A DNA stretch of 64,000 nucleotides from Octopus sinensis (lineage: Eukaryota): positions 72,912,001 through 72,976,000 of the forward strand of contig NC_043007.1 in assembly GCF_006345805.1 (NCBI RefSeq), written 5' to 3'. Shown piece by piece: positions 25,328 through 37,382 of the stretch. A program made the translations under genes and the position numbers. How positions within the stretch are numbered: position 1 is the stretch's first letter; each line of letters opens with the position of its first letter. The notes under the pieces were generated by a model. The model saw only the letters and a list, made by a program, of their open reading frames with translations, was not told the DNA's origin and did no database searches.

Positions 25328-26768
25328 AAACTCTTCCCTTATATATGGAAAACTGCTAGTGTCATTCCTCTGTTCAAAAAGGGCGACCGCACATCACCTG
25401 TCAACTATCGCCCAGTCAGTCTCACTAGCTGTATTGCAAAACTGATGGAATCGTGTGTCAGAGAAACACTTTGGAACTTCTGGAGCTCACAGTCTCATCC
25501 GACCCTCACAATATGGATTTGTCCCTAACTCCAGCTGCAGTGATCAGCTTGTCGAGTTCCTTGAGGACATTACTCAGATCACTGACAGTGGCTCACGGGT
25601 GGATGTTGTCTACCTTGACTTTGCTAAGGCTTTCAACTCTGTGCCACACAAAAGGCTTATGGTGAAACTCTCTGCAATGGGTGTGGGGGATGACCTTTTT
25701 AACTGGTTGAAATCCTTCATTCTCAACCGAAAGGAGGTAGTCACAGTTCTAGGACAGCATTCTACACCATATGAGATGTCATCAGGTGTACCACAGGGAT
25801 CTGTCCTTGGTCCCCTCTTGTTTGTGGCATACATTAATGACATAGATACAAATTTAAAGAATGCCACAGTATTGAAATATGCAGATGACATCAAGCTGTA
25901 CCTTGAAATCAAGAGGACAGATCCTGTTGTCTACAGCTCTTTCCTGCAATCAGACCTGGACACAATGCAGCAATGGATCACAGACTGGCAACTGAAACTG
26001 GCTGTGGACAAGTGTACCACCATGCATTTTGGAAGAAAAAACCCTAAGTCCACATACTCCCTCCACAACACTGATATCAAGAAATCCTCTTGCGAGCGTG
26101 ACCTAGGCATTACTGTCAGTAGTGATTTGCGTTGGACAAAGCATATCTCTAAAATTGTCAAGAAGGCCGAGGGTGTCTTGGCATCACTCAGCAAGACTTT
26201 TGTTAGCCGCTCTCCAGCCATCTATTTAAAACTGTATACAGCTATGGTACGACCACACTTGGAATTCGCATCATCAGTTTGGAATCCCTATCTTGCTCAG
26301 AACATTGACCTCCTGGAATCTGTTCAGAGACGTGCAACCAAACGCATACCCTCCATCAGACACCTACCATATTCTGAGCGCCTTGTTTCCCTGGGCATGG
26401 ATTCACTGAAGCTCCGGCGTCTTGCGACGGACTTGGTAAACGCCCACAAAGTTGTCAACCACCTCACCAATAACAACACTGAACACCTTTTTGATCTCCA
26501 TGTGTCTAACACACGTGGACATGCCTACAAAGTCAGAAAACAACACAGCTCCCATGACTTTCAGAAACATTTCTTCATGCTCAGAGTTGCTGAAGTATGG
26601 AATAAACTGCCTGCGTCAGTTGTTGACTGCCATGACACTGCATCCTTTAAGGCCCTCATGCTTTCCGAAATCCGTCGAAACTACACCTGATTATATATGC
26701 ACTTTAGATGAGTTGTAGTGCACCTGAGCACTGTACACAATGTTTATTATTATTATTATTATTATATT
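25328..26768 (+). mobile_element. CR1-like LINE, 5'-truncated RT with (TTA)n tail
   Basis: NYRPVSLTS, QYGFVPNSSC, YLDFAKAFNSV, SGVPQGSVLGP, YADDIKL and RPHLEFASSVWNP. The 3' UTR hairpin GTGCACCTGAGCAC is followed by (TTA)n. Confidence 0.92.
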
Positions 26769-28008
26769 CTAAACTGCATGAAATGTCCAGTTTTTTTGCT
26801 ACATACTTTGGATTTAGAAAGTACTTATTTTCATTTAACTAGTTAATTTAACTAATTAATATTCCATTGCTTGTTAATAGCTAGTGAATATTACTAGTAT
26901 TCATCCTGAGTACTCTATTAGCTAAATATATGTTAGAGTTAATTGCCGGGATGATTGAGATCCTCACAACTTTACACACACACACATGATTACAAGCCAC
27001 TGGGGTAAACAAAACCCTTTTTCCTCAGAGTGAAAGGTAGATTGTATGATGTTTTCATGTTCTATTGTAGTGAAACTAGGGACTTGAATACAGAGGATTT
27101 GAGTAGACGAGAAAGAAATGAAGCAAGCATGCTTTGTTGGATGTACATGAAAGACATAGCACAGATATGCTGAGAGAAAAACTGGGCACAAAATGAATCA
27201 GATGTAGAATGCAAGTAAGATGACTCACTGGCAGAGACAATTGATGTGCATGGATGAGGACAACTTAATAAACAAAGTACCAGTCATTTAATGTAGATAG
27301 AGCTTTTGGAAGAGAGATACTTGGAAAGACATGGGGAAAAATTATGAAAGCTGATCTCAAGACCTTGAAGCTCACAGAGGATGATACTGAATTAAGGTGA
27401 CTGGAAATATGCAGTTCAGATCCACTCATCTCAGTAACACAGATTCTAGAAGCACAATCTGTATGTACATATATATGTGTATAGGCACAATTGGGTCCTC
27501 TCACCCATTTTCCTTTTGAAGACAACCCCATCACCAATCGTCTCTCTAACTGCAGTATTCTGCTGTTGTAATTTAATATTAGCTGAACTGCATATATCAC
27601 CAGCTTTCCTCTAACACCACTTATTTCACATGATTCTTCATACTGCCCCCTCCATCAATATTTTACATTGATCACCATTCTGAGCTACCATGTTATCTCT
27701 CCTTCACCATCATACATCTACTCTTTCTATTTACTATCCCCTAAACTCTTTGAACATATCTATGGAACAAATAATTGCAAGGCAGCTTTTTCTGATGCTC
27801 TAATGATGCTGTCAGATACGGCATAATTCAATATAATTAACAAGTTTTATTTGCTTGAACTGATGAATACAAATTTTCCTCTAAGCCTGCAGGAGCCAAC
27901 AGAAAATGGCATTATGATAAGAAAATCTTGGAGATGCTTCCTATTCAGGGTCATTAAAAGTTCAATAAATTTACAATTTAATAAACTGTCTGAATTTTGG
28001 AAACTTTA

Positions 28009-28390
28009 CTCTTTTATTTGTTTCAGTTATTTTGACTACAGCCATGCTGGAGCACCGCCTTTAGTCGAGCAAATCAACCCCAGAACTTATTCTTTGTAAG
28101 CCCAGTACTTATATCGGTCTCTTTTGCCAAACTGTTAACTTACGGGGACATAAACACACCAGCATCGATTGTTAAGCAATGTTGGACACACACACACACA
28201 TACACACATACATACATATATATATATATATGACAGGCAACTTTCAGTTTCCATCTACCAAATCCACTCACAAGGCTTTGGTCAGCCCAAGGCTATAGTA
28301 GAAAACACTTGCCCAAGGTGTGACGCAGTGGGACTGAACCTGGAACCATGTGGTTGGTAAACAAGCTACTTACCACACAGCCACTCCTGT
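28009..28390 (-). mobile_element. tRNA-derived SINE (reverse copy, rearranged)
   Basis: Reverse complement of head, core and tail segments of the SINE at 46698-47112. Confidence 0.8.
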
Positions 28391-28603
28391 CCTATCCTCA
28401 TAAAAATATAATTATTTCTCACAGTAGCATGTCAATAAGGTAGGCAAGTGTAAAAAATAAGTTGTTTTGTTTTTTAATGTTAAATGTGGATTTTGCTGTT
28501 TTTGTCTCTATGAGAGAAAGACGAATACAGAACGTCAGGTAAGGGAAGAAAAAAGGCAGAGTGAAAAGGTAAAAGAAAAGCAGGAAGGATCCAGGATGAG
28601 ATA

Positions 28604-28908
28604 TCTTTATATATAAAACTGAAGTTGTGTGTGTGTCTGTCTACTCCGATTTTGATTCCTAACTACTCCCACATTTTGCGGTGCAGTTTAACCAAAATCG
28701 GGTATCTTATAGTCGTGATTCATATCAAGCCCTTCTGGGTATTAGCGCGCATCTACAATGAGTCTACGATTTAAAAAAAAATTTACCATCACTTTTCCGC
28801 ATTTTTAATGCATTTTTTGCTCGGTTTATATAAGGGAAGTAACTCTCTAAAAATGCTTATATAGTTATTTCCCTTACAAACCCGAGCAACGCCGGGCGAT
28901 ACTGCTAA
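28604..28908 (+). mobile_element. Non-autonomous Helitron-like element
   Basis: 5' TC start after A, subterminal hairpin CCCGAGCAACGCCGGG, CTAA end before T, no TSD. Closely similar to 49865-50171. Confidence 0.8.
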
Positions 28909-28971
28909 TAAAAATTTAAAAAATGGAACCAAATCTTTGTTAAAATAAATGAATCCAGCCTATGAATCCTT

Positions 28972-29690
28972 TTATACTGATGAGTCATTGTACTCATTGA
29001 TCTGTTCCAACATATAACTTACAGGGACTGAAAAAATACTACGTTCACATCCATCTGAAAAGTTTGCACTGTAATCAGGCATTTCATTTAAAGATTCCAT
29101 TTTCTTAGGGCAAATATATTTGTCTTCAAACCAATTGGAATTATTTTCTTCAAATGTGGCAGCATTCTTAATTGTGTTTGTCAAAGAGTTAAATTTATGA
29201 TTGAGCTTGTTACTCTTGACACGAATAGCGAGCTCTTGATGCACTCTTGATCGATGGATTTTTTTAATAAGCGAGTTCAACTCTTTTGTAAGAGTGTAAC
29301 ACTTGATTGAAGGTAATTCACTGCTGATACTGGAGTTTGGTACCTGAGGAAACTTACAAATGATAAGTTTGTTGCTTGCATTAAGTTCTCTAAGAAGGGA
29401 AACTGTCAACAGTGCTGAGTTATCCTCTTTTAAAAAATTTATGTAATCTTGGTTGCTTTTCCATGCCTGAATTCTTTTGTGAAGAGCTTTGGAGTAAACA
29501 AGAATTATAAAATCAGACTTTTGAATTTCTAAACTCAGTCTTAATGGATCACCACCTTTCACTAGCCGAGCAGCAACTTCTAGTTTACATTTACTCTTAT
29601 TCATGAAAGATATAAACTTATCAATGGCTTCACAGTGGTAAGTATGGTCCTCTGTATAAAATAACAGCCCTCTTTTCTCTTGGAGTGTTC
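28972..29690 (-). CDS. IL-17 receptor-like protein, terminal exon with SEFIR domain
   Basis: Acceptor tattttcag at 29691. LLFYTEDHTYHCEAIDKFISF...EIQKSDFIILVYSKAL...LIICKF...CYTLTKELNSLIKKIH matches the SEFIR pattern (box 1 hydrophobic-Y-S/T-x-D-H; AD/SD-x-VIIVCS). Stop at 28972. Confidence 0.85.
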
Positions 29691-31229
29691 CTGAAAATAT
29701 AAATTCACACAATCAATAATAAAATATCAACAATATATGAGAATTAAAGGATTGAAATTCTTTAACTACATACAAGATCAACAGAATTAATCATACCATT
29801 TTACATGGCCCAGAAAAATAAAATTCTAAAACCAGCCACAATCAAACTTGAATTCAGAAAAGTGAGATTTCAAAATAGATATAATCATCTACAGAGGAAG
29901 TAAAGAAGTTATGTGGTCACTTGACATGCAAGAACTTTTAAATGTGACCTTAAAAAATGTGGCTGTCTAATCTTAATCTGATATCAGTTATTTAAACAAG
30001 GGTTATTGAGTTTCTAGAGAAATAGATCATTCCTAATAATAATAACTCTAAGCCATGTTCAAAGACACTTCACTTTACTAACTTAGTCACCAACTTCTTA
30101 AATTGATCTTTTTATGTGTTTCAGTTATTGGATTGTGGCCATGCTGGGGCAGTGCCCAATAGTTATTTTTTAAGTCTGGTACTTATTCTATCAGTCTCTC
30201 TTGCCACACAGCTATATTATAAGGATGGAGACAAACCAACACCAGTTCTCAAGAGATGGAGGGGAACAAACAAAAATACACACACACTGTCGATTTCTTA
30301 TAGTTTCAATCTTCCAAATGTACTCAGAAGGCCTTGGTTGGCCAAAGGCTACAGTAGAAGACATTTGAACAACAAGTCACACAGTAGGACTGAACCTAAG
30401 ATCACATTGTTTGGAAGCAAGCTTATATATCAATAAAAATATTCTCACATTCACACACACATATAAATAATGATAAGACAGGCTGTAAACTTTCATTCAT
30501 CGGAGAATCAAGGCTGTTTTATTTCACTGAACATTTCTGTGAATCTGTTGTAGTCCACCTAGCTGTAATAAGTATCTAATAAACCAATATCACAATTAGT
30601 TATAGTAGTATTACCATTACTGTCATGATTATTACAATCTCTGTTGATATATAATTATTACTTTGTCACCCATTATTGCTAATATAATCCTACTGCTGTT
30701 ATAACTAGTACCACCAGCACTTATTTTGATATTAGCAACCACAAGCTCTATCAATCATTCATTCTTCACATATATTCTAACAACCTTTACCTATCTTTCT
30801 TCATCCTTCTGTCTCTATGCTTTCTTCTATATTACCTTCTGGAACATGTTACCTTGAAGGTACACTCAAGTACCTCATCACCACAATCTCTCTTTTGGCA
30901 CCATTCCCTGTAACCCACCTACCCTTATATGAAATTGGGAAGCCTTGAATCTCCCCAACAGCAATAAACTTTTCTGGTTTTTCCCATCATATTTGAACCT
31001 CACATAAAACCAACTCATACTCTGATACTCTCTCTCTCAGTCTTGCAGATTACAAGGCAACATCACTAATGCTGGTGCCACCAGTACATATTTTCAAGTA
31101 GATGGCATAAAGAAGGCAATCCAGCCACAAGAACAATTGGAGAGAGATGTGATCCTCCAGTCTGTTGGATCTTGCTGAAATGATCAATTCATGCCAGCAT
31201 GGCAAGCGGACATGTTATGACCATAATAT

Positions 31230-34070
31230 TAAAGACTGCTTTAAAGATCGATGAGTTACCTCTTCTAGGTTCAGTAAAAAAGTCAGAGATAACAATGTTC
31301 TAGGATGCCCAGGAGGCTCCCTAGAAGTAGCAGATAGTTTCTGTTATCTAGGTAACCTAATTAGCAGCGGAAGCAGTGGAAGTATAGGATAAGGAGCAGT
31401 TAGAGAACTTTTAACTCTTTTAGTAACAAAAGTCCTCTCTCCCAGAGTGAAAGGCAGATTGTATGATGCCTGTGTATGAAACAGCAATGCTTTATGGTTG
31501 TGAAACTTGTTCTAAGAATTCAGAAGATATGTAAAGACTAGAGAGAAATAAAACTAACATGCTATGATGGACGGGTAATGTTAGTGTGCGTGTGCAACAA
31601 AGTACGTATGTACTGAAAGAAAAAATGGGCATTAGAATCATCAGATATTCTTGAACATATGCTGGGCAAGCCCCAGTTGTCTTTCATGGAGAGCATGGGG
31701 GCCATGGAATTGGTTCCTGAAATGAGGAGGGAACAAGGCTACTGGAGATCAGTGATGCAAATGACTTAATGATCTGCAACACCAACTTCAGAAAGCCAGC
31801 CAGTCACCTGATAACCTACAAATCTGGTGACCATGCTACACAGATTGATTACATTCTCACCAGAAAGTGGGATTCATGGCTGCTCATAAATGCAAAGACC
31901 TTCCCTGGAGAAGAATGTACCACACAGCATAGGTTACTCATTAGTTACTTCAAACTACTGGCACAAAGGATCCCAAGAAGCAACCAAGTTTCGAAAAAGA
32001 AGATATGGAAGCTTAAGGATCCTTTGAACAGTCAGAGATTTAAAGATGTCCTAAATGAAGCATTTAATGAGAAGGAGGAGGACTTGTAACATAGAGGATA
32101 ACTGGAAGCTCCTACAAGACAACTTACTGAGAGCTACAAACAAAATTTGTGGCTAGTGCAAAGTGCCAAACAGGCCTAAGGTGATGTATGGTGGAACAGT
32201 GTAGCTGACAGGGCCATCAGAGCAAAGAAACAGGCTTGGAAGGATTGGAAGGGTGTTGGTAGCAAGGAGCTAGATCAGGCAGCTAGAACGGAAGCTAGGA
32301 AGCAGGTATATTTAGCCAGAGGTAGAGCAAAAAGGAAGAAGTTGACCAATGTTCTGCAGCATGAGGACCATCAGCTTCAAGTGTTTTGGTTTGCAAGACA
32401 GTGTGCCAGGGAAAATTATGATGTGGGAGAGAAGTGTGCTCACATGGATAATGGTTCACTTGCATTTAGTGACTCAGCAAAAAGAGGCTTGAAAGTGCCT
32501 CTATGAAAGGCTGCTAAGTGTAGAGAACTCATGGGAGGAGGAGAGTCTGCTTATGGATCCAACAGAGGGACTATCAATCCAAATAGACAGAAGCATTTTA
32601 GGCAAAAATATGAAAGATATGAAGATGGGGAAAGCCTTCGGCCCATCAGGAATCACCACTGAGATGCTTAAAATATCTGGTGGTGTGGGCTATGGTTTAG
32701 TTGCCCATATATTTAAGCAGGTAGTACACAAAAAAGACATACCCAATGGCTGGTGTAGCAGCACCATAGTCAACTGCTACAAGGTGACACCTTAGATAGA
32801 AATAATTACAAAGGCATCAAATCGTTGGAACAAGTGATGTAAGTCACGGAGAGGATCATAGCCCAACTAATTAGGGAGAGAATTGGTTTAGATGAGATGC
32901 AGCTTGGTTTTGTGCCAGGGAAAAGGCACCTCTGATGCTACATTTCCAGAGTGGCAGTTGCAGGTGAAGTACCTAGCCAAAGATAAACTTCTGTACTTGA
33001 CTTTTGTTGACATGGAGAAAGCCTTTGACAGGATCTCCTGTTCCCTTATCTGGTGGTCAATGCAGAAACTAGGGATAGATGAGTGGTTGGTGAGAGTAGT
33101 ACAAGCTATGTACAAGGATGCAGTCAGTAAGGTGAGGGTTGGCAACAAGTATAGCGATGAATTCAAGGTAGAAGTAAGAGTTCACCAAAGATCAGTCCTC
33201 CACCCACCTCTTGTTCATCATAGTCCTCCAGGCAATAACAGAGGAATTTAAGATGGACTGCCCCTAGGAGCTCCTCTGTGCTGAGGATCTTGTTCTTAAA
33301 GCTGAATCACTACCAGAACTAGAGAAGAAATTTCAGGCATGGAGGCAATGCCTAGAAGCAAAGGGCCTCAAATGTGTATAGATGAGGAGAGCTGTGTAAA
33401 GAAGTGCTGATCTCTAACTGTAGAGGGAACCTGTGGAAGAGGTAGACCCAGGAAGACATGGGACAAGGTGGTGAAGTATGATCTTCAAATGTTGGGCCAC
33501 ACAGAGGCAATGACTAGTGACCGAGACATTTGACAATATGCTATGCTTGAGAGGAACCATCAAGTCAAATGAAATCACAGTTATGGCCAATGCCGGAATC
33601 ACATAACTGGTACCCATGTTGGTGACATGTAAAAAGCACCTTTCGAGTGTTGGGCCTCATGGAGGTAATGTGCAATGCTGGTGTCACATATCTAACACCT
33701 GTGCTGGTGTTGTATAACTAGCACCTGTGCCTTTCAAGAATCAGTCCTCACGGAGCAATGACAAATGACCAAGACCTTCAGCAATATGCCATGCTTGAGA
33801 AGAAGACCCATCAAGTTACATGAAATCCTAGTTGTGACAGCTACCAGTGTCATGCAACTGGCATCTATGCTAGTGGCACATAAAAGCACCCATTATACTC
33901 TCAGAGTGGTAGGCATTAGGAAGGGCATATAGCTGTAGAAACCATGCCAAATCAAACTGGAGTCTGGTGGAGACTCCAGCCTGCCAGCCCTGGTAAAACT
34001 GTCCAACCCATGCCAGCATGGACAATGGATGTTAAATGATGATGATGATGTTAATGATGATGATGATATT
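31230..34070 (+). mobile_element. Decayed RTE-clade LINE with 3' (GAT)n tail
   Basis: MICNTNFRKPASHLITY, QIDYIL, FVDMEKAFDRI and LIWWSMQKLGIDEWLVR; ends ...GGATGTTAAATGATGATGATG. Confidence 0.8.
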
Positions 34071-34332
34071 TACATTTCATTTGATTGCATTCACTTAACC
34101 TTTGCTAGTTCCAAATAGTTTTTTATGAAGAAACAGAAGATGAATATAATAATTTACTATACACAACTGTTATAAGATCACTATGGAATGATAAAAATTA
34201 ATCACCGAATTTTGAACTTCAGCTCAGTATAGTTTTTTGATAGAGAATGTCTCTGCTCTGCTGTTATTTGCAAACACTGGAGGTTGTGGCGACTGGGGTT
34301 CTCTGCTATTTAAATAACACAAATGAATCTAA

Positions 34333-34521
34333 CTAAATTTCAAACATTATCCACACAATGTGCCGAAAGAAACTACGATGGGGGCCCTCCAGGAGGTCCA
34401 GCATGAAGACCGTTTTCCCACACCCGGTCATTCCACAAATAATTGCAGAGTGGGGGCCCGGTGGAAAGAGTTGATGATACGAAGTATCAGTATAAGTTGA
34501 GCACTGAGACGAATCGGCCAT
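34333..34521 (-). pseudogene. Truncated A32/FtsK-like packaging ATPase (Polinton-type)
   Basis: PHSAIICGMTGCGKTVFMLDLLE Walker A motif, immediately downstream of the capsid frame. Confidence 0.75.
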
Positions 34522-35360
34522 CTTCGATGTTGAGCTGTGTGCCCATAATGATGTACAGGTAGACGTTCAATACACCCACGGCCTCTACCGCTTTCAGGAT
34601 CTGGATGGTCACACCCTCGCTGGCATTCTCAATGCGCCGGCCACTGCCATGGAGCTGGTCATTGTCCGTGGTGTGGAGGTCATGCCAGAGGGTGAACTTG
34701 GAGGTCAAGAACTACCCCAAAGACATGTCTTTAAGAGCAAGGTCTTTCACGACCATGGCCACCTCGAGATGTCACTTGCAGCCGGCGGCAAAGAACATCT
34801 TTGCTTCGACCCACTGCTGGTATGCATGCAGGCCTTGGCTGTACAGCTTGTTGGGGACCCCCTCAATGGTAACTTCTACGTTGGTTATCTTGGGGTTGTA
34901 GAAGGCCTTGGTGCCCCGCTGAAAGGCTTGATGCACAGCAACATCCTCAAACAACAACAGAATGCCCTTCATCGAGCGAGCAGGCATGTTCAGGTTAACG
35001 TTCCACAAAGTGTTGCTCTTGTTGGTTGCAATTTTGCGGTACCGCAGTACACGGTCGTACAGGATGGCCAGGCAGCCACTGTACTGGTTGCGGATCATCC
35101 TTGCCAGTTCAGGGAGTGTGACCATGTCATACTCCAGGCAGATGTTTTCAATGGAGTAACTGGGGTTAGCATCTCCAGTGGCCTGGACCATGAGGGAGTA
35201 GTCGTTAAATGTCAACTCCTACTCGAGCCTATCACCAAGTGCTGACTGGTAGAAGGGCATATGGCTCTCTAGAAGCTTGAAGTCGAGGGGAATGTAGAAG
35301 TGGTTGCCATAGGCTTCTACAATGGCACCGTCAGCTCCACCTGAGACACCGTCCCCAGCA
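34487..35360 (-). pseudogene. Polinton/Maverick-type major capsid protein, C-terminal part
   Basis: One continuous frame with three in-frame stops: FYIPLDFKLLESHMPFYQSALGDRLE*ELTFNDY...YNPKITNVEVTIEGVPNKLYSQG...LHGSGRRIENASEGVTIQI...YLYIIMGTQLNIEDGRF. Recognised as similar to invertebrate Polinton capsid proteins from memory. Confidence 0.75.
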
Positions 35361-35365
35361 CTCAC

Positions 35366-35800
35366 TTGAAGTTTGGTGACGTTCCAGTTGATGAACACGA
35401 TGTAGCCACAAAAAGGTATGTCGATAGCCGGAAGCCTCTCATAACCATGTGGGCTGAACGAAGTGGCACTCTTGGAACGGGCCAATATGAATGGTCATTC
35501 GGTGCTGGTGCTAATCTACCAATGCATGGCTACAACATGATGGCTGCAGGCAGGGTTCACCGAATGCGACTAACTGTAACCAGAGTTACCACTTCCCCGG
35601 GCACCATAGCAACGGTCAATATTGTGGTTAACGGGATAACATACATCATATGGGGTAACCTCAGACCAATACTCTGGTACTAATACATTTGGGACCCCAC
35701 TATAGCTTGCCCAATGCGACCGAGTAAGCTTCAGGTCAGCTACGACCAACGCTGATGTCCTCACTGCGTTTTAATTGAACTCGACCTGTAGCTTTGCCAT
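35366..35800 (+). pseudogene. Polinton-associated fibre/minor-virion-like protein fragment
   Basis: DEHDVATKRYVDS resembles the DAATKxYVD motif of viral fibre proteins, followed by beta-rich sequence; frameshifted. Confidence 0.45.
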
Positions 35801-35817
35801 AGTTACTCCATAACATC

Positions 35818-36510
35818 ATGAAGCAAGCAACTGCTCCACCAGCTGATAGCACATCAGTTAACAGCGAATCTGCTGGCAAGGCATACATCACACTAAGTTG
35901 TACGCCAACACTTTATCCACATCTGCCTTATCTCATTGATACTGCACAATCCCACTCGCTTCAAGAGGTCTCACAACTGGAAAAAGAACGACTTGAAGAC
36001 GAGAGGGACAAACAGGGTCAACTGTACAAAAAATACTGCCATGGGGTCAATGTTGTCGATGGCGTTGACACAGTGTTGGGGATGGGCATCGGTGGTGTGG
36101 GCCTTCTGTCTACCATTATTGTGGCCCCAGTAGTCTTGGGCCTTGAAATTGCGGCCCTGGCATGTGGCAGCCTTGGAGTAATAGGCAAGTTTGTTGGCCA
36201 CCGTCTCACAGTCAAAGCCAAAAAGCATAACGAGGTCAGACTCCTGGCAGAGAGCAAGCTGAATACCATCGCAGACCATGTCTCGAGTGCATTCATGGAT
36301 GGTTGAATCTCAGATGAAGAGTTTCGCCTCATTCTTGGTGAGCTCAACAAGTATGATCAGATTAAGGCAGAGATCCAGGCTGGAGCTAAAAAAGCACATG
36401 CTTCAGTGAAACCTCCGGTGTTGGATGAAGAGATAAAAAACTCGCTTATTCAGAGAGGCTGGGATGAGGTCAGGGCCAGTTTCATAAAGAAGTTGGTTGC
36501 ACCATAATCT
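35818..36510 (+). pseudogene. Polinton-associated hydrophobic helical protein
   Basis: ERDKQGQLYKKY...GVDT...LLSTIIVAPVVLGLE...KAKKHNEVRLLAESKLNTIADHVSSAFMDG*ISDEEFRLIL: one stop, frame continues to about 36510. Confidence 0.55.
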
Positions 36511-37331
36511 GCTTTATGAGGCCAAAAAGAGCACCACACAGCCTGCTTCCATACACCGTTACTCTGTAACTATCACAGCTTTCAGCCACTTTTTTATTTA
36601 TGTTCCCTTTGGGCCACCATACTGCTGTTATGACATCGTCATGTTTACTTCCTGGTTCAGCCATGTGCTATGACTACGTCATGTTTACATTCTGCCTTGT
36701 GCTATTATTTACTTCCTGTCCCACTTTGAAAAACCACAAGCATTTCACATAGCTGCATCAGCCTTCTAGAATGTATCGGAATATACATAGCTATGGATAG
36801 CAAAAAGGGCTGTTAAGTGGTGCTAAGTGCTGTTAAGGGCTGTTAAGTCTGTCGGTTTATATAAGCTGTAAATTAGTTGTCACACCTCCTAGACCGTGAC
36901 AAGTTTCTATCAGCGTGACAGGAATATCATAGCATGACAAAAATGGATGTAGACAGACCAAAAAAGAGAGTTTTCTCGTTTTTGGAGCAAATAGTCAAAG
37001 AAACAAACGTGTCTAAAGGCAAAGCACGTCCGGAATTGGCCAGAAAACTGAATGAACGAACAAGACATCTACAGTAAAGGAGAAAACAGAGAGAGAGGCT
37101 GAAAAAATAGCAATGGACTTAGAAACCACGGAAGCTCAAATACAGCTGGTCAAGGAGGACATTCAAAGGCTAGAGTCTGTGGTAGAGGAAGGGACAGATG
37201 GTGAGGATGAGTAAATGCCTCAGTCTTTCGGCTGTTAGTCTCAACAGTCCTATATGTGGAACTCTGATTGCTCCCACTTGATGGCCTATTCATGTAATGG
37301 AATGGGTTCAGGCACACTGACACTACCAGGA

Positions 37332-37382
37332 GCCATTAATACCTGCCAGGTGTTCTGATGAGGCCTTACAGGCCGAAATGGC
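37332..37382 (+). ncRNA. Type III hammerhead ribozyme fold
   Basis: GCCAU-U / AAUACCU-GCC-AGGUGUU / CUGAUGA / GGCC-UUACA-GGCC / GAAAUGGC: complete core with three helices; predicted cleavage after 37337 (AUU). Confidence 0.75.

Noticed and set aside
34649-35245. 198-aa plus-strand ORF in the virus relic
   Set aside because: Antisense shadow of the capsid frame in GC-richer DNA.
37217-37275. Second, inverted hammerhead near the type III motif (CTGTTGAGACTAACAGCCGAAA)
   Set aside because: Core A is mutated and stems I/III do not pair; at most a decayed relative.
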